A DNA stretch of 64,000 nucleotides from NCBI GenBank assembly GCA_963752595.1, contig CAVVYZ010000017.1, positions 256,001-320,000 on the forward strand, given 5' to 3'. Position 1 is the first letter of the stretch, and each line of letters begins with the position of its first letter. Of this stretch, positions 1 to 11,623 are shown piece by piece. The notes under the pieces were generated by a model that saw only the letters and a program-made list of their open reading frames with translations, was not told where the DNA came from and searched no databases. Position numbers and translations under genes: made by a program. This DNA comes from an uncultured delta proteobacterium. GTDB lineage: Bacteria > Desulfobacterota > Desulfomonilia > UBA1062.

Positions 1-2
1 AG

Positions 3-488
3 AATCCCATCCTCTCGGAGAATATTACGGGCCTGGCCAGACTGCTCAGGGGCTACTGCCTAACCGCCATGGAAAATGTGGCCCTGTGGCATGAGCGGGA
101 CATCAGCCATTCGAGTGCGGAGCGGGTCATCGGCCCGGATGCGACGATTGTGCTTGATTTTGCGCTTGCAAGGCTGACGAGGGTGATCGAGGGTCTGGTG
201 GTATATCCGGAAAATATGCAGAAGAACATTGAAATGACCAGGGGACTCTGGCATTCCCAGGGAGTCCTGCTGGCCCTGGTGGATAAGGGCGTTGCCCGGG
301 ATACCGCCTACCAGTGGGTCCAGCGGAACGCTCTGCAGGTATGGGAAAACAAGGGAGACTTCAAGGATCTTTTGAAGAAGGACCGGGATATTACGGATGT
401 GCTCGGCAACGAGGCCATTGAAAGCCTCTTCGATCTCTCCCACCATTTTCAGCATGTGGATAAAATATTCGAAAGGGTTTTTTCATGA
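3..488 (+). CDS. purB: Adenylosuccinate lyase, C-terminal part (runs off window start)
   Basis: Frame from nt 3 reads [39 protein letters not shown], typical PurB C-terminal sequence. Confidence 0.95.
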   Translation, partial: NPILSENITGLARLLRGYCLTAMENVALWHERDISHSSAERVIGPDATIVLDFALARLTRVIEGLVVYPENMQKNIEMTRGLWHSQGVLLALVDKGVARDTAYQWVQRNALQVWENKGDFKDLLKKDRDITDVLGNEAIESLFDLSHHFQHVDKIFERVFS

Positions 489-1018
489 GTATGACCAGCG
501 AATTACTGGATATTGTACGCCGCGACGCGGTAAAGTTCGGAAAATTTGTCCTTGCATCGGGGAAGGAATCGGACCTCTATATGGATTTGAGGAAGGTCAC
601 CCTGCAGCCGAAAGGCGCCTTTCTCATCGGGTCGATCATTCACGACATGATCAAGGACCGGTCGGTGGAAGCGATCGGCGGTCTTTCCCTGGGGGCTGAT
701 CCTATAGCGGTCGCCACGAGCCTAGTCGCATACCAGAAAGGACAGGAGATCGTCGCGTTTCTCGTAAGAAAGGAAAAGAAGGAACACGGCATGAAGAACG
801 CGGTTGAAGGCCCGATACGGCCGGGGCAGAAGGCCGTAATCGTCGATGACGTGATAACGACGGGTTCGAGCACCATAACCGCAATCCAGCAGGCAGAGGC
901 TGCAGGACTGAAAGTCGACCTGGTGATCGCGGTCATGGACAGGCTGGAAGGCGGTAGGGCTGCAATCGAAGCCCTCGGGCACGAGGTGCGCACCCTTCTG
1001 ACGAGAAACGACCTCTGA
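485..1018 (+). CDS. pyrE: Orotate phosphoribosyltransferase
   Basis: [22 protein letters not shown] loop, PRPP motif [12 protein letters not shown]; ATGA overlap with purB. Confidence 0.95.
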   Translation: MSMTSELLDIVRRDAVKFGKFVLASGKESDLYMDLRKVTLQPKGAFLIGSIIHDMIKDRSVEAIGGLSLGADPIAVATSLVAYQKGQEIVAFLVRKEKKEHGMKNAVEGPIRPGQKAVIVDDVITTGSSTITAIQQAEAAGLKVDLVIAVMDRLEGGRAAIEALGHEVRTLLTRNDL

Positions 1019-1111
1019 CATGTCGGGTGAAAGGGCTTCGTGAAGAAAGAAATCTCCGCGTAAAACTCATACCCAAAGGCATATCTTGATATGATCAAGA
1101 GTTGGGAAACC

Positions 1112-2167
1112 ATGAATATATTGGCGATAGAAACGTCCTGCGACGAGACTGCGGCAGCAGTTGTAGATGATAACGGGAAAATCCTTTCGAACGTTGTTGC
1201 AAGCCAAATCAAGGATCATGCCGTCTTTGGCGGTGTCGTGCCGGAGATTGCATCGAGAAGACATACCGAGCTCATCGATCCGGTCGTGAAGGAAGCCCTC
1301 GATAAGGCAGGCATTTCTCTTAAGGAACTTGGCGCTTTGGCCGTGACGAAAGGCCCGGGACTCGTAGGAGCCCTTCTCGTGGGTATCTCCTATGCCAAGG
1401 CCCTTGCCTATGGATTGGGAATTCCGCTGTGCGGGGTCAACCATCTCGAAGGTCACTTAAGTGCAGCCAAGATAGATCATGAAGTCACCTACCCCCATAT
1501 CGGGATGGTCGTTTCCGGAGGACATACCTCTCTCTATAAGATTACTTCGCCCGCACAGGTGGTCCAGATCGGCCAAACCCTCGACGATGCCGCAGGAGAG
1601 GCGTACGACAAGGTTGCAAAGCTCCTCTATCTCGGGTACCCGGGCGGTGTGGTTATCGAAAGGATCAGCAAAGGAGTCGATGCTGAAGAGATCGATTTCC
1701 CCAGGCCTCTCATGAATGGCGATACCTATGATTTCAGTTTTTCAGGCCTCAAGACTGCCGTGCTGAATCGCGTGCTTAAGGAAGGGATCTTTGAGCGTAT
1801 GGATCTGGCCTTTTCCGGCCTGCCCATAGAAAAAAAGATGGTTCCCGGCAAGGAAGGACTCATTCCGAAGATAGCCGCGGCATTCCAGGCCGCCGTTGTT
1901 GACGTTCTCACGGCGAAGGCATTCAAGGCAGCGATGGATAACCGCATGGATCTCCTGGTGGTGACGGGTGGAGTGGCGAGCAACGGGTTCCTTCGAGAGT
2001 CCTTGAGCAGGAAGTCCCAGGAGACAGGGATAAAGCTCATTATCCCTGACAGGAAGTATTGTACGGATAACGCCGCCATGATCGGCATCGCCGGTATACG
2101 GCATATCAGGGAAGGCAAATTTGCGCCGCTTGATATGAACGCCGTATCACGATGGACCTGGGAATGA
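1112..2167 (+). CDS. tsaD: tRNA N6-threonylcarbamoyladenosine transferase TsaD
   Basis: ILAIETSCDET, GGVVPEIASRRH, HLEGH, VSGGHT, DDAAGEAYDK, CTDNAAMI. Confidence 0.97.
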   Translation: MNILAIETSCDETAAAVVDDNGKILSNVVASQIKDHAVFGGVVPEIASRRHTELIDPVVKEALDKAGISLKELGALAVTKGPGLVGALLVGISYAKALAYGLGIPLCGVNHLEGHLSAAKIDHEVTYPHIGMVVSGGHTSLYKITSPAQVVQIGQTLDDAAGEAYDKVAKLLYLGYPGGVVIERISKGVDAEEIDFPRPLMNGDTYDFSFSGLKTAVLNRVLKEGIFERMDLAFSGLPIEKKMVPGKEGLIPKIAAAFQAAVVDVLTAKAFKAAMDNRMDLLVVTGGVASNGFLRESLSRKSQETGIKLIIPDRKYCTDNAAMIGIAGIRHIREGKFAPLDMNAVSRWTWE

Positions 2168-2958
2168 GACCGAAACATTCCCTGGGGCAGAACTTCCTTA
2201 AGAGTCCGGGCATTATCGACAAGATCATCCGATTTTCCGAAGTGAACAGCACCGATACGGTTCTGGAGATCGGCCCCGGTACCGGGGTTCTCACTGCACG
2301 GCTCCTGGATCTCGCAGCAGAGGTGGTCGCCGTGGAAAAGGACGATGCCCTTATCATTGATCTGCAGGAGAAATTCAAGAATTACTCCGGCCTCATGCTC
2401 CTGCATGGCGATATCCTTGAATTCGATCTGAATGAGATTGTAAGGGAAGGCATGAAGGTCGTTGCAAACCTGCCGTACAATATCGCTACGAATGTGATCC
2501 TTCGCCTTGCAGATATCCCGGAAAAGCTGAAAGCAGTGGTTGTTATGGTGCAGAAAGAGGTCGCACTCAGGGTCTGTTCCCATGCAGGGCAGAAGGACTA
2601 CTCGGCGCTGAGCGTCATTCTCTCCTCCGTTTTCAATTATGTGCCGGGGTTTGTTGTCGGGCCCAAGAATTTCTATCCCGTGCCTAAAGTAGACTCGATG
2701 GTAATAAAGCTCGTCCCGAAAGTAACCCCCCTTCCGAGGGATGACCGGGGCGGTTACAAAAAGGTAGTTTTCTGTGCATTCGGCCAGAGAAGGAAGATGC
2801 TCAAGAATTCTCTGATGAACCTCCCCGGCGTTACGAAGGATCTGCTGACGGAGATTGGCCTTATCTCCGGGATCAGCCTTGAGAAGAGACCCCAGGAGCT
2901 CTCCTGGGAAGAGTTCTATACGCTCAGCCGCACCTATCACCGGCTTACGATGACCTGA
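2164..2958 (+). CDS. rsmA: 16S rRNA m6,2A dimethyltransferase
   Basis: LGQNFL, LEIGPGTG, VANLPYNI, MVQKEVA, PKVDS, QRRKML. Confidence 0.95.
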   Translation: MRPKHSLGQNFLKSPGIIDKIIRFSEVNSTDTVLEIGPGTGVLTARLLDLAAEVVAVEKDDALIIDLQEKFKNYSGLMLLHGDILEFDLNEIVREGMKVVANLPYNIATNVILRLADIPEKLKAVVVMVQKEVALRVCSHAGQKDYSALSVILSSVFNYVPGFVVGPKNFYPVPKVDSMVIKLVPKVTPLPRDDRGGYKKVVFCAFGQRRKMLKNSLMNLPGVTKDLLTEIGLISGISLEKRPQELSWEEFYTLSRTYHRLTMT

Positions 2959-2979
2959 TGCTGCCTTCTACAGGCCTCT

Positions 2980-3047
2980 GATTACAATCGAGATTACAAA
3001 CCATCGTAACCGAAATTACAAACCGGTAACCAGTGTAACCGTCACAA
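2980..3047. repeat. Cluster of short TTAC/GTAA motifs (ATTACAA x3, GTAACC x3), candidate activator-binding sites
   Basis: gattacaatcgagattacaaaccatcgtaaccgaaattacaaaccggtaaccagtgtaacc, about 80-150 bp upstream of a sigma54 promoter. Confidence 0.45.
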
Positions 3048-3125
3048 AGCAGACAACAGTACTTATACAACGGTCAACTTATTGATAATAGATCATAAAT
3101 AAAAAACAAGAGACAGTCACAAATT

Positions 3126-3140
3126 TGGCATCCGCATTGC
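3126..3140 (+). promoter_or_regulatory. Sigma54 -24/-12 promoter of the S8 peptidase gene
   Basis: TGGCATCCGCATTGC matches TGGCAC-N5-TTGC with correct GG/GC spacing. Confidence 0.75.
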
Positions 3141-3179
3141 CTTATACATCCCGGATCGATTAGATCCGGGGGGTATTAG

Positions 3180-4550
3180 ATGAAAGACGCAACGAGAACC
3201 ATCATCGGAATTCTGGTTGGAGCAAGTTTAAGTTTCCCTGCCTTTGCCACTGATTTCATCCCGGGAGAGGTCATTGTTAAATTCAAGGCACCTATCCCTC
3301 GGTCTCACTCCGTAATGGTGGCCGAGGAAGCCCGTGCGATCACCGTAGCGGTTGAAGACACCGAAGCGGCTGTTTCCGAGCTGAAAGACCGGGAAGACGT
3401 TGAATACGTTGAGCCGAATTACGTGATCGAAGCGGAATCCGTCCCGGATGACTGGCCTTATGCCGAGACCCTCTGGGGCGATGTCGAGCTTCCCGGAGCC
3501 TGGGATCTCCTTTCAGCGGCCACGCCCGGTCAAAAAGTTACGATCGCAGTGATCGATTCCGGGGTCAGATTGGATCATCCCGACCTTCAGAGCATTCTTA
3601 TCAATGGATACGATTTTGCAAACAATGATCCTACGCCCGAAGACGATGCCGGACACGGGACGAGGGTATGCGGGATCATCGGCGCGCTCGGGGAATAACG
3701 GGGCAGGGATTGCCGGCGTCATTTGGAACATCGATGCGGAAATCATGCCGGTAAAGTTCATGAAGAACAATGACGGCAAGACCACCGGGAGCCTCTCCGA
3801 TGCAGTAAATGCAATCTACTATGCCGTGGACCACGGGGCCGACGTCATCAATGCGAGCTGGGGATTTTACTTCCTATTCCCGCTCCCTCGAAGATGCCAT
3901 ACGGTATGCGAGTGATCAACGGTGTCCTGTTCATCGCTTCAGCAGGAAACACGGGACAGGACAATGACGCAGAGCTGGGCACTATCCTTCCAACTATACC
4001 CTGGATAACATCATCGCTGTGGCTGCAATGAGCAGCGCCGGAGAACTGGCCAGCTTTTCCAATTACGGACTGAACAGCGTGGATATCGCTGCTCCGGGTG
4101 TCGGATTAAGCTCGACGGATAATAACGGCGGATACGTTTCGTGGACATCCGGCACCTCATTTGCCACGCCGTTCGTTACTGCCATAGCGGCCATGATGAG
4201 ATCCCAGTCTCCGGATATGAGCTGTACGGAAGTGCGAAATATCCTCATCAGCACGGTAACGAAAGAAGGCGGACACAAGTTTGACGCTCTCGCAAGCGGT
4301 GGATGCGTGAATGCATACCAAGCGCTTCTGGCAGAGCGAGGCTCGATGATCTCATCGAAAGAATCCGACCCATCGGATCAGCAAACTGAAACGACAACTC
4401 AGCCTGCATCAAGCGGAGAAGGCGGAGGCGGTGGAGGCGGAGGCCTGATCGATAGATTCCAGCCGGAACAGCGGCAGCGCACCTGGCCTCCTCGTGTTCA
4501 TGATCCTTGCGGTTGCGTTCCGGATGCTCAGTTTCCGGCATCTGGGATAG
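3180..4550 (+). CDS. Secreted subtilisin-like S8 serine peptidase with Gly-rich C-terminal membrane anchor (split by frameshifts)
   Basis: Signal peptide; IAVIDSG (Asp), HGTRVCGII (His), INASWG, SGTSFATP (Ser) across ORFs 3180, 3604 and 4019; tail GGGGGGG then LLVFMILAVAFRMLSFRHLG* in a shifted frame ending 4550. Confidence 0.85.
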
Positions 4551-4563
4551 CCTATACCACCGC

Positions 4564-4601
4564 CCCCCTTGCAAAAGGGGGGCTACCCCCCCCTTTTATT
4601 T
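4564..4601. terminator. Hairpin between convergent peptidase and thiolase genes
   Basis: CCCCCCTT-GCAA-AAGGGGGG stem followed by T-rich tract. Confidence 0.55.
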
Positions 4602-4617
4602 TCTAACTCTCTTTCGT

Positions 4618-5908
4618 TTATATCGCCTCTATTGACATGGCCATACCCATGCCGCCGCCGATGCAGAGGCGTTGCAAGGCCTAAGCTTACTCCGCGCCGT
4701 TTCATTTCGTTGGCAAGTGCAATGATGAGCCGTGCACCGGTGCAGCCGATGGGGTGGCCGATGGAGATGCCTGAGCCGTTCACATTCGTGATGCTTCATC
4801 TATGCCGAGTTCTCTCATGCAGGCAATGGCCTGAGAAGCGAAGGCCTCGTTGACCTCGAAGAGGCCGTAGTCCTTGATCGATGTCCCGGTGATCCTCAGG
4901 AGCTTCCTGACGGCGGGAATCGGACCGAGTCCCATGTATGCAGGGTCCACTCCGCCGGATGCATATCCCTTGATCCGTGCAATGGGTTTGAGCCCGTACT
5001 CTTTGGCCTTTTCTTCACTCATGACGAGCAGTGCTGCTGCAGCGTCATTGATGCCCGAAGCATTGCCCGCGGTTACGGTCCCGTCTTTCTTGAAGGCAGT
5101 GGCAAGCTTTCCCATCTTTTCCAGGGTGGTGTCCATGGGCCGCTCGTCGGTATCGAAGATGATCGGGTCGCCCTTTTTCTGGGGGATGACAACCGGTACG
5201 ATCTCATCTTTGAGAATCCCGGACTTGATGGCGGCACGAGCCCGTATATGCGATTCTACGCCGAGCTTGTCCTGGTCGTGCCTGTGATACCGTATTTTTC
5301 CGCAATGTTTTCCGCAGTGATGCCCATATGGTACCCGTAGAAGATCTCACACAGGCCGTCAAATACCATAAGATCAGACCGTCTGCCCGTAGGGCATGTC
5401 CATGCGGTATCCCCAGCGGCCTTGGGTAGAGAGATGGGAACTTCGCTCATGTTTTCCATGCCGCCTGCCATGACCACCTCGTTGTCGCCGGCCTTGATGG
5501 TGGCGGCGGCCAAAGCGATGGCCTTCATTCCCGAGGCGCATACCTTGTTGATGGAGATGGCGGGTGTCTCCTTGGGATACCTGCCCGGATCATGGCCTGC
5601 CTGCCGGGGTTCTGGCCCTGTCCTGCCTGGAGGACATTCCCCATGATGACCTCGTCGATCGATATGGGCTGGTTTGTCTCGCGGCCAATTGGAGAATTTT
5701 TGCTCAACCGGAGACAGATCCGGCGTTCTTGAGGAGATCAGGGGCATCTTCCCTGCTGCATGGCGAGGCATCCGGCTTCAGCCCTTCCGAAAGGAGAGTT
5801 TCACGCATCACGAGAGCGCCCAGCTCTTTTGCCGGGATATCTTTCAGAGATCCGCCAAAGGATCCCACAGCTGTCCTCACTACCGTCAACGATTACCACG
5901 TTCCCCAT
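4618..5908 (-). CDS. Acetyl-CoA C-acetyltransferase (thiolase), frameshifted in this sequence
   Basis: [34 protein letters not shown] (Cys), [33 protein letters not shown] across several frames. Confidence 0.9.
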
Positions 5909-6066
5909 ATTGCCTCCTTATTCCTTGATTTCATTTCGTTTATCGATATTTCCTCACTATTTCATAAGAGGTGAATCATTGGCAAGAATGGATTCGCCAG
6001 TGCGGATAAGCTCATCCGGGCTCCTTGATAAAAAATGGCCTGGGTGTAAGTTCGCATCATGGACAT

Positions 6067-6943
6067 ATGACTATGAAACTCATTCCTGAGGCGGTACTCG
6101 ATGGAGCTGCTGGACCAGAAGGGGCTTTCCAGGGAGACGTACAGGGCGTATCTCAATGACATCAAGCATATGGTGGTTTTTCTGAGGGAGCGCGGGAAGA
6201 CATTCCCGACCGGCTCACGTCCGGTCCTATATGCTCAAGCTCCATACCCCGTATACCCGTACCACCATCAACCGCAAGCTGAGCGCCATCAAGGGTTTCT
6301 TCGACTTTGTCATGAGGCAGCGGCACCTCGCGATGAACCCGTTCGGCCATGTACGGTCGCTGAAGAACCGGGAGACCCTCCCGTGTTCCTGAGCCATGAC
6401 GAGATATTCGACCTCATCGAGGCGGTCACCGATCTCGAGGGACAGGGCGATCCTGGAGCTCCTCTACTCCACCGGTATCCGGGTGGGAGAGGCCGAGGCG
6501 ATGCAGTGCGCCGATGTGGATATGGCCTCCGGGTTTATCCGGGTGACGGGCAAGGGGAACAAACAGAGAACGGTGCCGGTGGGGAGACGGGCCTTGGCTG
6601 CCATTACGGGCTATCTGAAGAGCAGGGGCATACAGGATCCCATCTACTGCAGCGAGCCCCTCTTCCTGAACAGCAGGGGGAAGATGATGAGATCCCGGAG
6701 CATCCGGAGGGTCGTGTACCAGTGGTCTCTGGCAGCGCTGCGGTTGCGCAAACAGGTGAGCCCCCATGTGATCAGGCACACCTTTGCGAGCCATATGCTC
6801 GATGCCGGGAGCCGATCTTCAGGTCCATCCAGGAGATGCTCGGCCATGCGAGCCTCTCCACGACCCAGCAGTATACCCACTTGACCGTAGACAAACTCAT
6901 GGATGTATATGATAAGGCTCATCCGAGGGCAAAGGAGGGATGA
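6067..6943 (+). CDS. xerC: Tyrosine recombinase XerC, frameshifted in this sequence
   Basis: [57 protein letters not shown]; xerC-hslV-hslU synteny. Confidence 0.85.
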
Positions 6944-7480
6944 ATGGAAATCAGGGGAACGACCATACTCTGCGTCAGGAGGGGCGCGACACGTGGTGCT
7001 TGCCGGCGACGGCCAGGTCACCATGAGCAATGTCGTCCTCAAGGCGAATGCCCGCAAGGTGAGAAAAATCCATGAAGACAAGGTCCTGGCCGGATTCGCC
7101 GGATCGACATCCGATGCGTTCACCCTTTTCGAACGTTTCGAGGACAAAGCTCAAGGAGTACCGCGGCAACCTCACCAGGGCAGCCGTGGAGATGGGCAAG
7201 GACTGGAGGACCGACCGGGTGCTCAGGAGGCTCGAAGCCCTCATGATCGTCGCGGACTACCGCAAGACCTTTCTCCTCTCCGGTACCGGCGATGTGGTCG
7301 AGCCGGATGACAATATCTGCGGCATTGGTTCGGGAGGCCAGTATGCCGTGGCTGCGGCCATGGCCCTTCTCAAGAATACGGATCTGTCTGCCAGGGAAAT
7401 CGCAGAAAAGGCCATGGATATCGCTTCTGATATCTGTATATATACCAATAAAAACCGTAATATTCGAGGAACTGTCATGA
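6944..7480 (+). CDS. hslV: ATP-dependent protease subunit HslV, frameshifted
   Basis: [59 protein letters not shown]. Confidence 0.92.
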
Positions 7481-8787
7481 GCACCTTACCCCAAAGGAAA
7501 TCGTGACCGAGCTGGATAAATATATCGTCGGCCAGGACAAGGCAAAGCGGGCCGTTGCCATCTCGCTGCGCAACCGCTGGCGCCGTCAGATGGTATCCCC
7601 GGAAATTCGGGAAGATATCTATCCGAAAAATATCATCCTCATCGGCCCTACCGGGGTGGGAAAAACCGAAATCGCACGGCGGCTCGCCAAGCTTGCCGGT
7701 GCGCCCTTCATCAAGGTGGAGGCCTCCAAGTTCACCGAGGTGGGATATGTGGGCAGGGATGTGGAGTCCATCATCCGTGACCTCATGAGGATCGGTATCC
7801 AGATGGTTCAGACGGAGGAGAGCGAGAAGGTAAAGGACAAGGCGCAGGAGATGGCCAAGGAGCGCGTCCTCGACTATCTCCTCCCTGTCAGAAAGAGATG
7901 GCCAGGTCCATGCAGAGAGCAGGGAGAAGATGAGAACATGTTGAAAGAAGGCCTGCTCGATGAGCGGATGATCGAGGTGGAAGCCCGGGAGACCGCAATG
8001 CCCATCGATCGAGATTTTTTCCGGGCAGGGGCTCGAGGAGATGGGCATTGATTTCAAGGAGATGTTCTCCAACTTCATGCCCAAGAAGACCCGGCGCAGA
8101 AAGATGACGGTCAAGGAAGCGCTCGAATTTCATCGCATCCAAAGAGATATCCCGGCCTGATCGACATGGATAAGGTCTCCGAAGAAGCGAGGCAGCGGGT
8201 GGAGAACAACGGCATCGTCTTCGTGGACGAGCTGGACAAGGTGGCCGGAAGGGAATCGGGCCACGGCCCCGATGTGTCGCGGGAAGGGGTGCAGCGGGAT
8301 CTTCTGCCCATTGTGGAGGGACTACGGTGAACACGAAGTTCGGGCCTGTGAGGACGGATCACATCCTCTTCATCGGGTCGGGCGCATTCCATGTGAGCAA
8401 GCCGTCCGATCTCATCCCGGAGCTGCAGGGCAGGTTTCCCATCAGGGAAGAGCTCAACCCCCTGACCCAGCAGGATTTCGTCAGGATCCTACGGAACCGA
8501 AGAATGCCCTGATCAAGCAGTACCAGGCCCTGCTCGCTACCGAGGGGATCGACCTTCAGATACTCGATGATGCGGTTTCAGAGATCGCCCGCATCTCCCA
8601 GTACATCAATGACCATACGGAGAACATCGGGGCCAGGAGGCTCCATACGGTCCTGGAAAAACTCCTTGAGGACATCTCTTTCGAAGCTGCCGAAGCTGCC
8701 GGGAAGATCAGCATTGACGCGCAGTACGTTGCGAAAAGGCTCGATCCCATCATGCAGAAAGAGGACTTGAGCAGGTATATTCTCTGA
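7477..8787 (+). CDS. hslU: ATP-dependent protease ATPase subunit HslU, frameshifted
   Basis: [66 protein letters not shown]. Confidence 0.93.
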
Positions 8788-8962
8788 TCATCAGGGCATA
8801 TCGTTGCCTTGGAACATCGGCAAAGAGCGGCTTCGCCGCGGGAAAGACATCGTACGCAGATGAATCGCAGCAAAGGGCAACTCTGTGCTTTTCCCGTATC
8901 GTCTCGAATGCAATTCCTTTGGCTTGCAAAGCTGTGGTAAGATGCGCCAAAATGGAGGAGAT

Positions 8963-9934
8963 ATGATCCCTAAAGGAAGATTTGTTACTGATCTCCATGA
9001 CGGAGAAGGAGTTAGGGCTGTTTTCATGGTTTCCGAGCGCAGGATCCTCGTTGCGAGGAACGGAAAGCCGTACGCCAAGATGCTGCTCACCGACAAGTCC
9101 GGTGATGTCCTCGGCATTGTCTGGGAAGACGCCCGGCAGCAGGTTAGTCCCATTGCCCCTGGAGATGTGGTGGGCATCCGGGGAAATGTGGAGTCCTATG
9201 AGGGAAGGGTTCAGATACGGATAGAGAAGATCGTAAAACTCAAGGAAGACGAGGTGGATATGGCTGCCCTTGTCCCCACGACGGGCAAGGATATCCCTGC
9301 CATGATAAAAGAGGTTGATGAGCATCTTGCCGAGATCCGGAATGCATACCTCAAAACCCTTGTAGAGAAGATATTTGCGAGTGACGGAATAAGAGACGCA
9401 TTCCAGAAGGCCCCTGCAGCCAAGGGAATACATCATAATTACATCGGCGGACTTTTGGAGCACACCCTCTATATCATGAGGACAGTGAATGCTCTCTACC
9501 CGATCTATGCGCACCTTGGGCTGAACAAAGACCTGCTCACTACCGGCGCCCTCCTGCATGACATAGGGAAGATCTACGAATATTCGTTCAGCAGGATCAT
9601 CGAGATGACCCCCATGGGCAGGCTCGTAGGTCACATCTACCTCTCGACGCACATTGTCGACCAGGCCATTTCAAAGATCGAAGGTTTCCCCGATGAACTC
9701 AGGCTCCAGCTCCTCCACATCCTGCTGGGACATCACGGCCAGCTGGAATACGGCTCGCCGAAGCTCCCCATGACCAAAGAAGCCATGCTGCTGCATATGC
9801 TCGACGATCTCGATGCAAAGCTCATCGGCTTTTCCTCGATCATCGGGGCTACTCCTGATGAAGAGGAGTTCACCGCCTACTCCGACACATACAGCAGGTA
9901 CCTCTATACAAGGGTATATGATGAGAATTCGTAG
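8963..9934 (+). CDS. OB-fold/HD-domain 3'-5' exoribonuclease, YhaM family
   Basis: N-terminal OB fold, PAAKGIHHNYIGGLLEH, LLHDIGK, LVGHI, HHGQLEYGSP. Confidence 0.88.
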   Translation: MIPKGRFVTDLHDGEGVRAVFMVSERRILVARNGKPYAKMLLTDKSGDVLGIVWEDARQQVSPIAPGDVVGIRGNVESYEGRVQIRIEKIVKLKEDEVDMAALVPTTGKDIPAMIKEVDEHLAEIRNAYLKTLVEKIFASDGIRDAFQKAPAAKGIHHNYIGGLLEHTLYIMRTVNALYPIYAHLGLNKDLLTTGALLHDIGKIYEYSFSRIIEMTPMGRLVGHIYLSTHIVDQAISKIEGFPDELRLQLLHILLGHHGQLEYGSPKLPMTKEAMLLHMLDDLDAKLIGFSSIIGATPDEEEFTAYSDTYSRYLYTRVYDENS

Positions 9935-10012
9935 ATACCTCTTTCCAAAACAGAGGCCACACCACGCATGAGGTCTGAACGTACGGGAAGAAGCTTTTAA
10001 GGAGGCAGTTCT

Positions 10013-10615
10013 ATGGGGAACGGACTGAGCGAAAAGCATGGTCAAGCCCTGGTGAAGATGGCGAGGAGGACGATCGAGGACAGCCTGGACATCCGGGTGA
10101 ATAGCGAGGATCCGGCTGACGCGGTTTTGAAGGATGCTGTTATGCGCGAAAAGCACGGAGTCTTTGTAACATTGACAAAGAGAGGCCAGCTCAGAGGGTG
10201 CATCGGTTTTCTCGAAGGACGGGAATCCGTGGTGGATGCGGTGAGGCACAATGCCATGAATGCTGCATTCAGCGATCCCCGATTTCCTCCCCTGAAGGTG
10301 TCCGAACTGAAGGATCTCGATATCGAGGTAAGCGTCCTTACCGACCCCAAAGTGCTCGAGTATCGCGGTCCTTCCGACCTTCTGGCAAAGCTTAACCCGG
10401 GAATCGATGGCGTGATCATCCGCTATGGTCTTTCCTCTGCAACCTTCCTGCCCCAGGTCTGGGAACAACTGCCCGGCAAGGGGGAATTCTTAAGCCACCT
10501 CTGCCTCAAGGCAGGGCTGCCAACGAATGCCTGGAAGAAGAATTCCTTAGAGGTCCTGACTTACCAGGTCCGGTATTTCGAAGAGCGCAAGGAACACGCC
10601 GAAGATATCAGCTGA
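10013..10615 (+). CDS. AMMECR1-domain protein (AmmeMemoRadiSam system protein A)
   Basis: GVFVTL, LRGCIG, AAFSDPRF, IEVSVLT, ATFLPQVW. Confidence 0.9.
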   Translation: MGNGLSEKHGQALVKMARRTIEDSLDIRVNSEDPADAVLKDAVMREKHGVFVTLTKRGQLRGCIGFLEGRESVVDAVRHNAMNAAFSDPRFPPLKVSELKDLDIEVSVLTDPKVLEYRGPSDLLAKLNPGIDGVIIRYGLSSATFLPQVWEQLPGKGEFLSHLCLKAGLPTNAWKKNSLEVLTYQVRYFEERKEHAEDIS

Positions 10616-11549
10616 TCGTGAGCCAGCGGTACTCCCGTATATGATCCAGAAGCTCGTAAATGATTTCCTGGCTCTCAGTGGAGCAGGCGCGGGAAGAGAA
10701 TATGCTCCTTAACCGCGGCGTTCTGCTTAAGGAGATGAGATCGAGCAGAGCACCGCTGCGCACGGTTTTCCCATGAGCTTCGGCTATCTTGATCAGGTGA
10801 GAAAACCGGATGGTGAACTCGCTGTGCTTGTAAAGCTTTATCTCGCGGGGGTATGCATCAAGGGCTAACGCTCTTTTCAGATAGTCCATATCTTCGGGTA
10901 TAATGGGATCGGACGAGTGTTCGGAGAGAAACGCAGGGGTGTTTTTCCTGCAGACGGCCTCGACAAGCTTCAGTGCCCCTATATTCAGGTTGAAAAAATC
11001 TTTTTCCGGGATTTCAAGCTTATAGGCCTGTATGAAGTGCAAAGCCTCATCCGGTATCTCTGCCGGATCGATATTGGTCATGGTGTTCAGATCCCCAAGG
11101 ACCTCGTTCATGATAATGAGATCTATACCGTTTAACGCATCGATGATTTCATGAATATCTGCCTGGATAGGCGTAATTCTGGAAAGCCATGGATAGAGAT
11201 TCCGGAGCTGCCGTTTCAGGAGCTTTCCCGAGAGATCGATCATATAGACGCGGCTTATGAAGCCATCATACTCGCTGAGAAGTCCGGACATGAGGCTTCC
11301 ATATCCGCCGCCTATCTCGCATATGATCGATCCGTTTTTCAGGAGCCCGTTCTGAGTCAGGAAGTCTCCGATCATCGCACCGTAGCTTCGCGGGGATTCC
11401 AGCATGATTCCATAAGGCGAATCCGTAGTGGAAAAAGATTCGCAGATGGTAAACTCCTTCATGAGGTCTATGGTTGTCTCTCTGTGGAAATCCCTGGTCG
11501 AATTCATCCCAGCCATGGGTGCAGATCTATACAGTACTTCCAGGGGCAT
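10608..11549 (-). CDS. Putative class I SAM-dependent methyltransferase
   Basis: ICEIGGGYG motif I, MIDLS, QADI, IIMNEVLGDL. Confidence 0.7.
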   Translation of the reverse strand: MPLEVLYRSAPMAGMNSTRDFHRETTIDLMKEFTICESFSTTDSPYGIMLESPRSYGAMIGDFLTQNGLLKNGSIICEIGGGYGSLMSGLLSEYDGFISRVYMIDLSGKLLKRQLRNLYPWLSRITPIQADIHEIIDALNGIDLIIMNEVLGDLNTMTNIDPAEIPDEALHFIQAYKLEIPEKDFFNLNIGALKLVEAVCRKNTPAFLSEHSSDPIIPEDMDYLKRALALDAYPREIKLYKHSEFTIRFSHLIKIAEAHGKTVRSGALLDLISLSRTPRLRSIFSSRACSTESQEIIYELLDHIREYRWLTIS

Positions 11550-11623
11550 GTACAGGATGATCTTGAGTTACTTGCCCCACTTGTTATAAGGTAATCCCAT
11601 GTAGTGACCATGGAGGTGCAACT

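Noticed and set aside
6067-6943. Tyrosine recombinase as a prophage or island integrase
   Set aside because: It sits in the housekeeping xerC-hslV-hslU arrangement with no att sites or phage genes.
3180-8787. Apparent pseudogenes or programmed frameshifts in the peptidase, thiolase, xerC, hslV and hslU (also glpA, transposase, acs)
   Set aside because: Breaks are small indels clustered by region across unrelated conserved genes whose motifs are intact, the pattern of low-coverage assembly error. Read polishing would settle it.
8790-8940. Cys-rich short minus-strand ORF between hslU and the YhaM-like gene
   Set aside because: No credible start or SD, and it overlaps hslU antisense.
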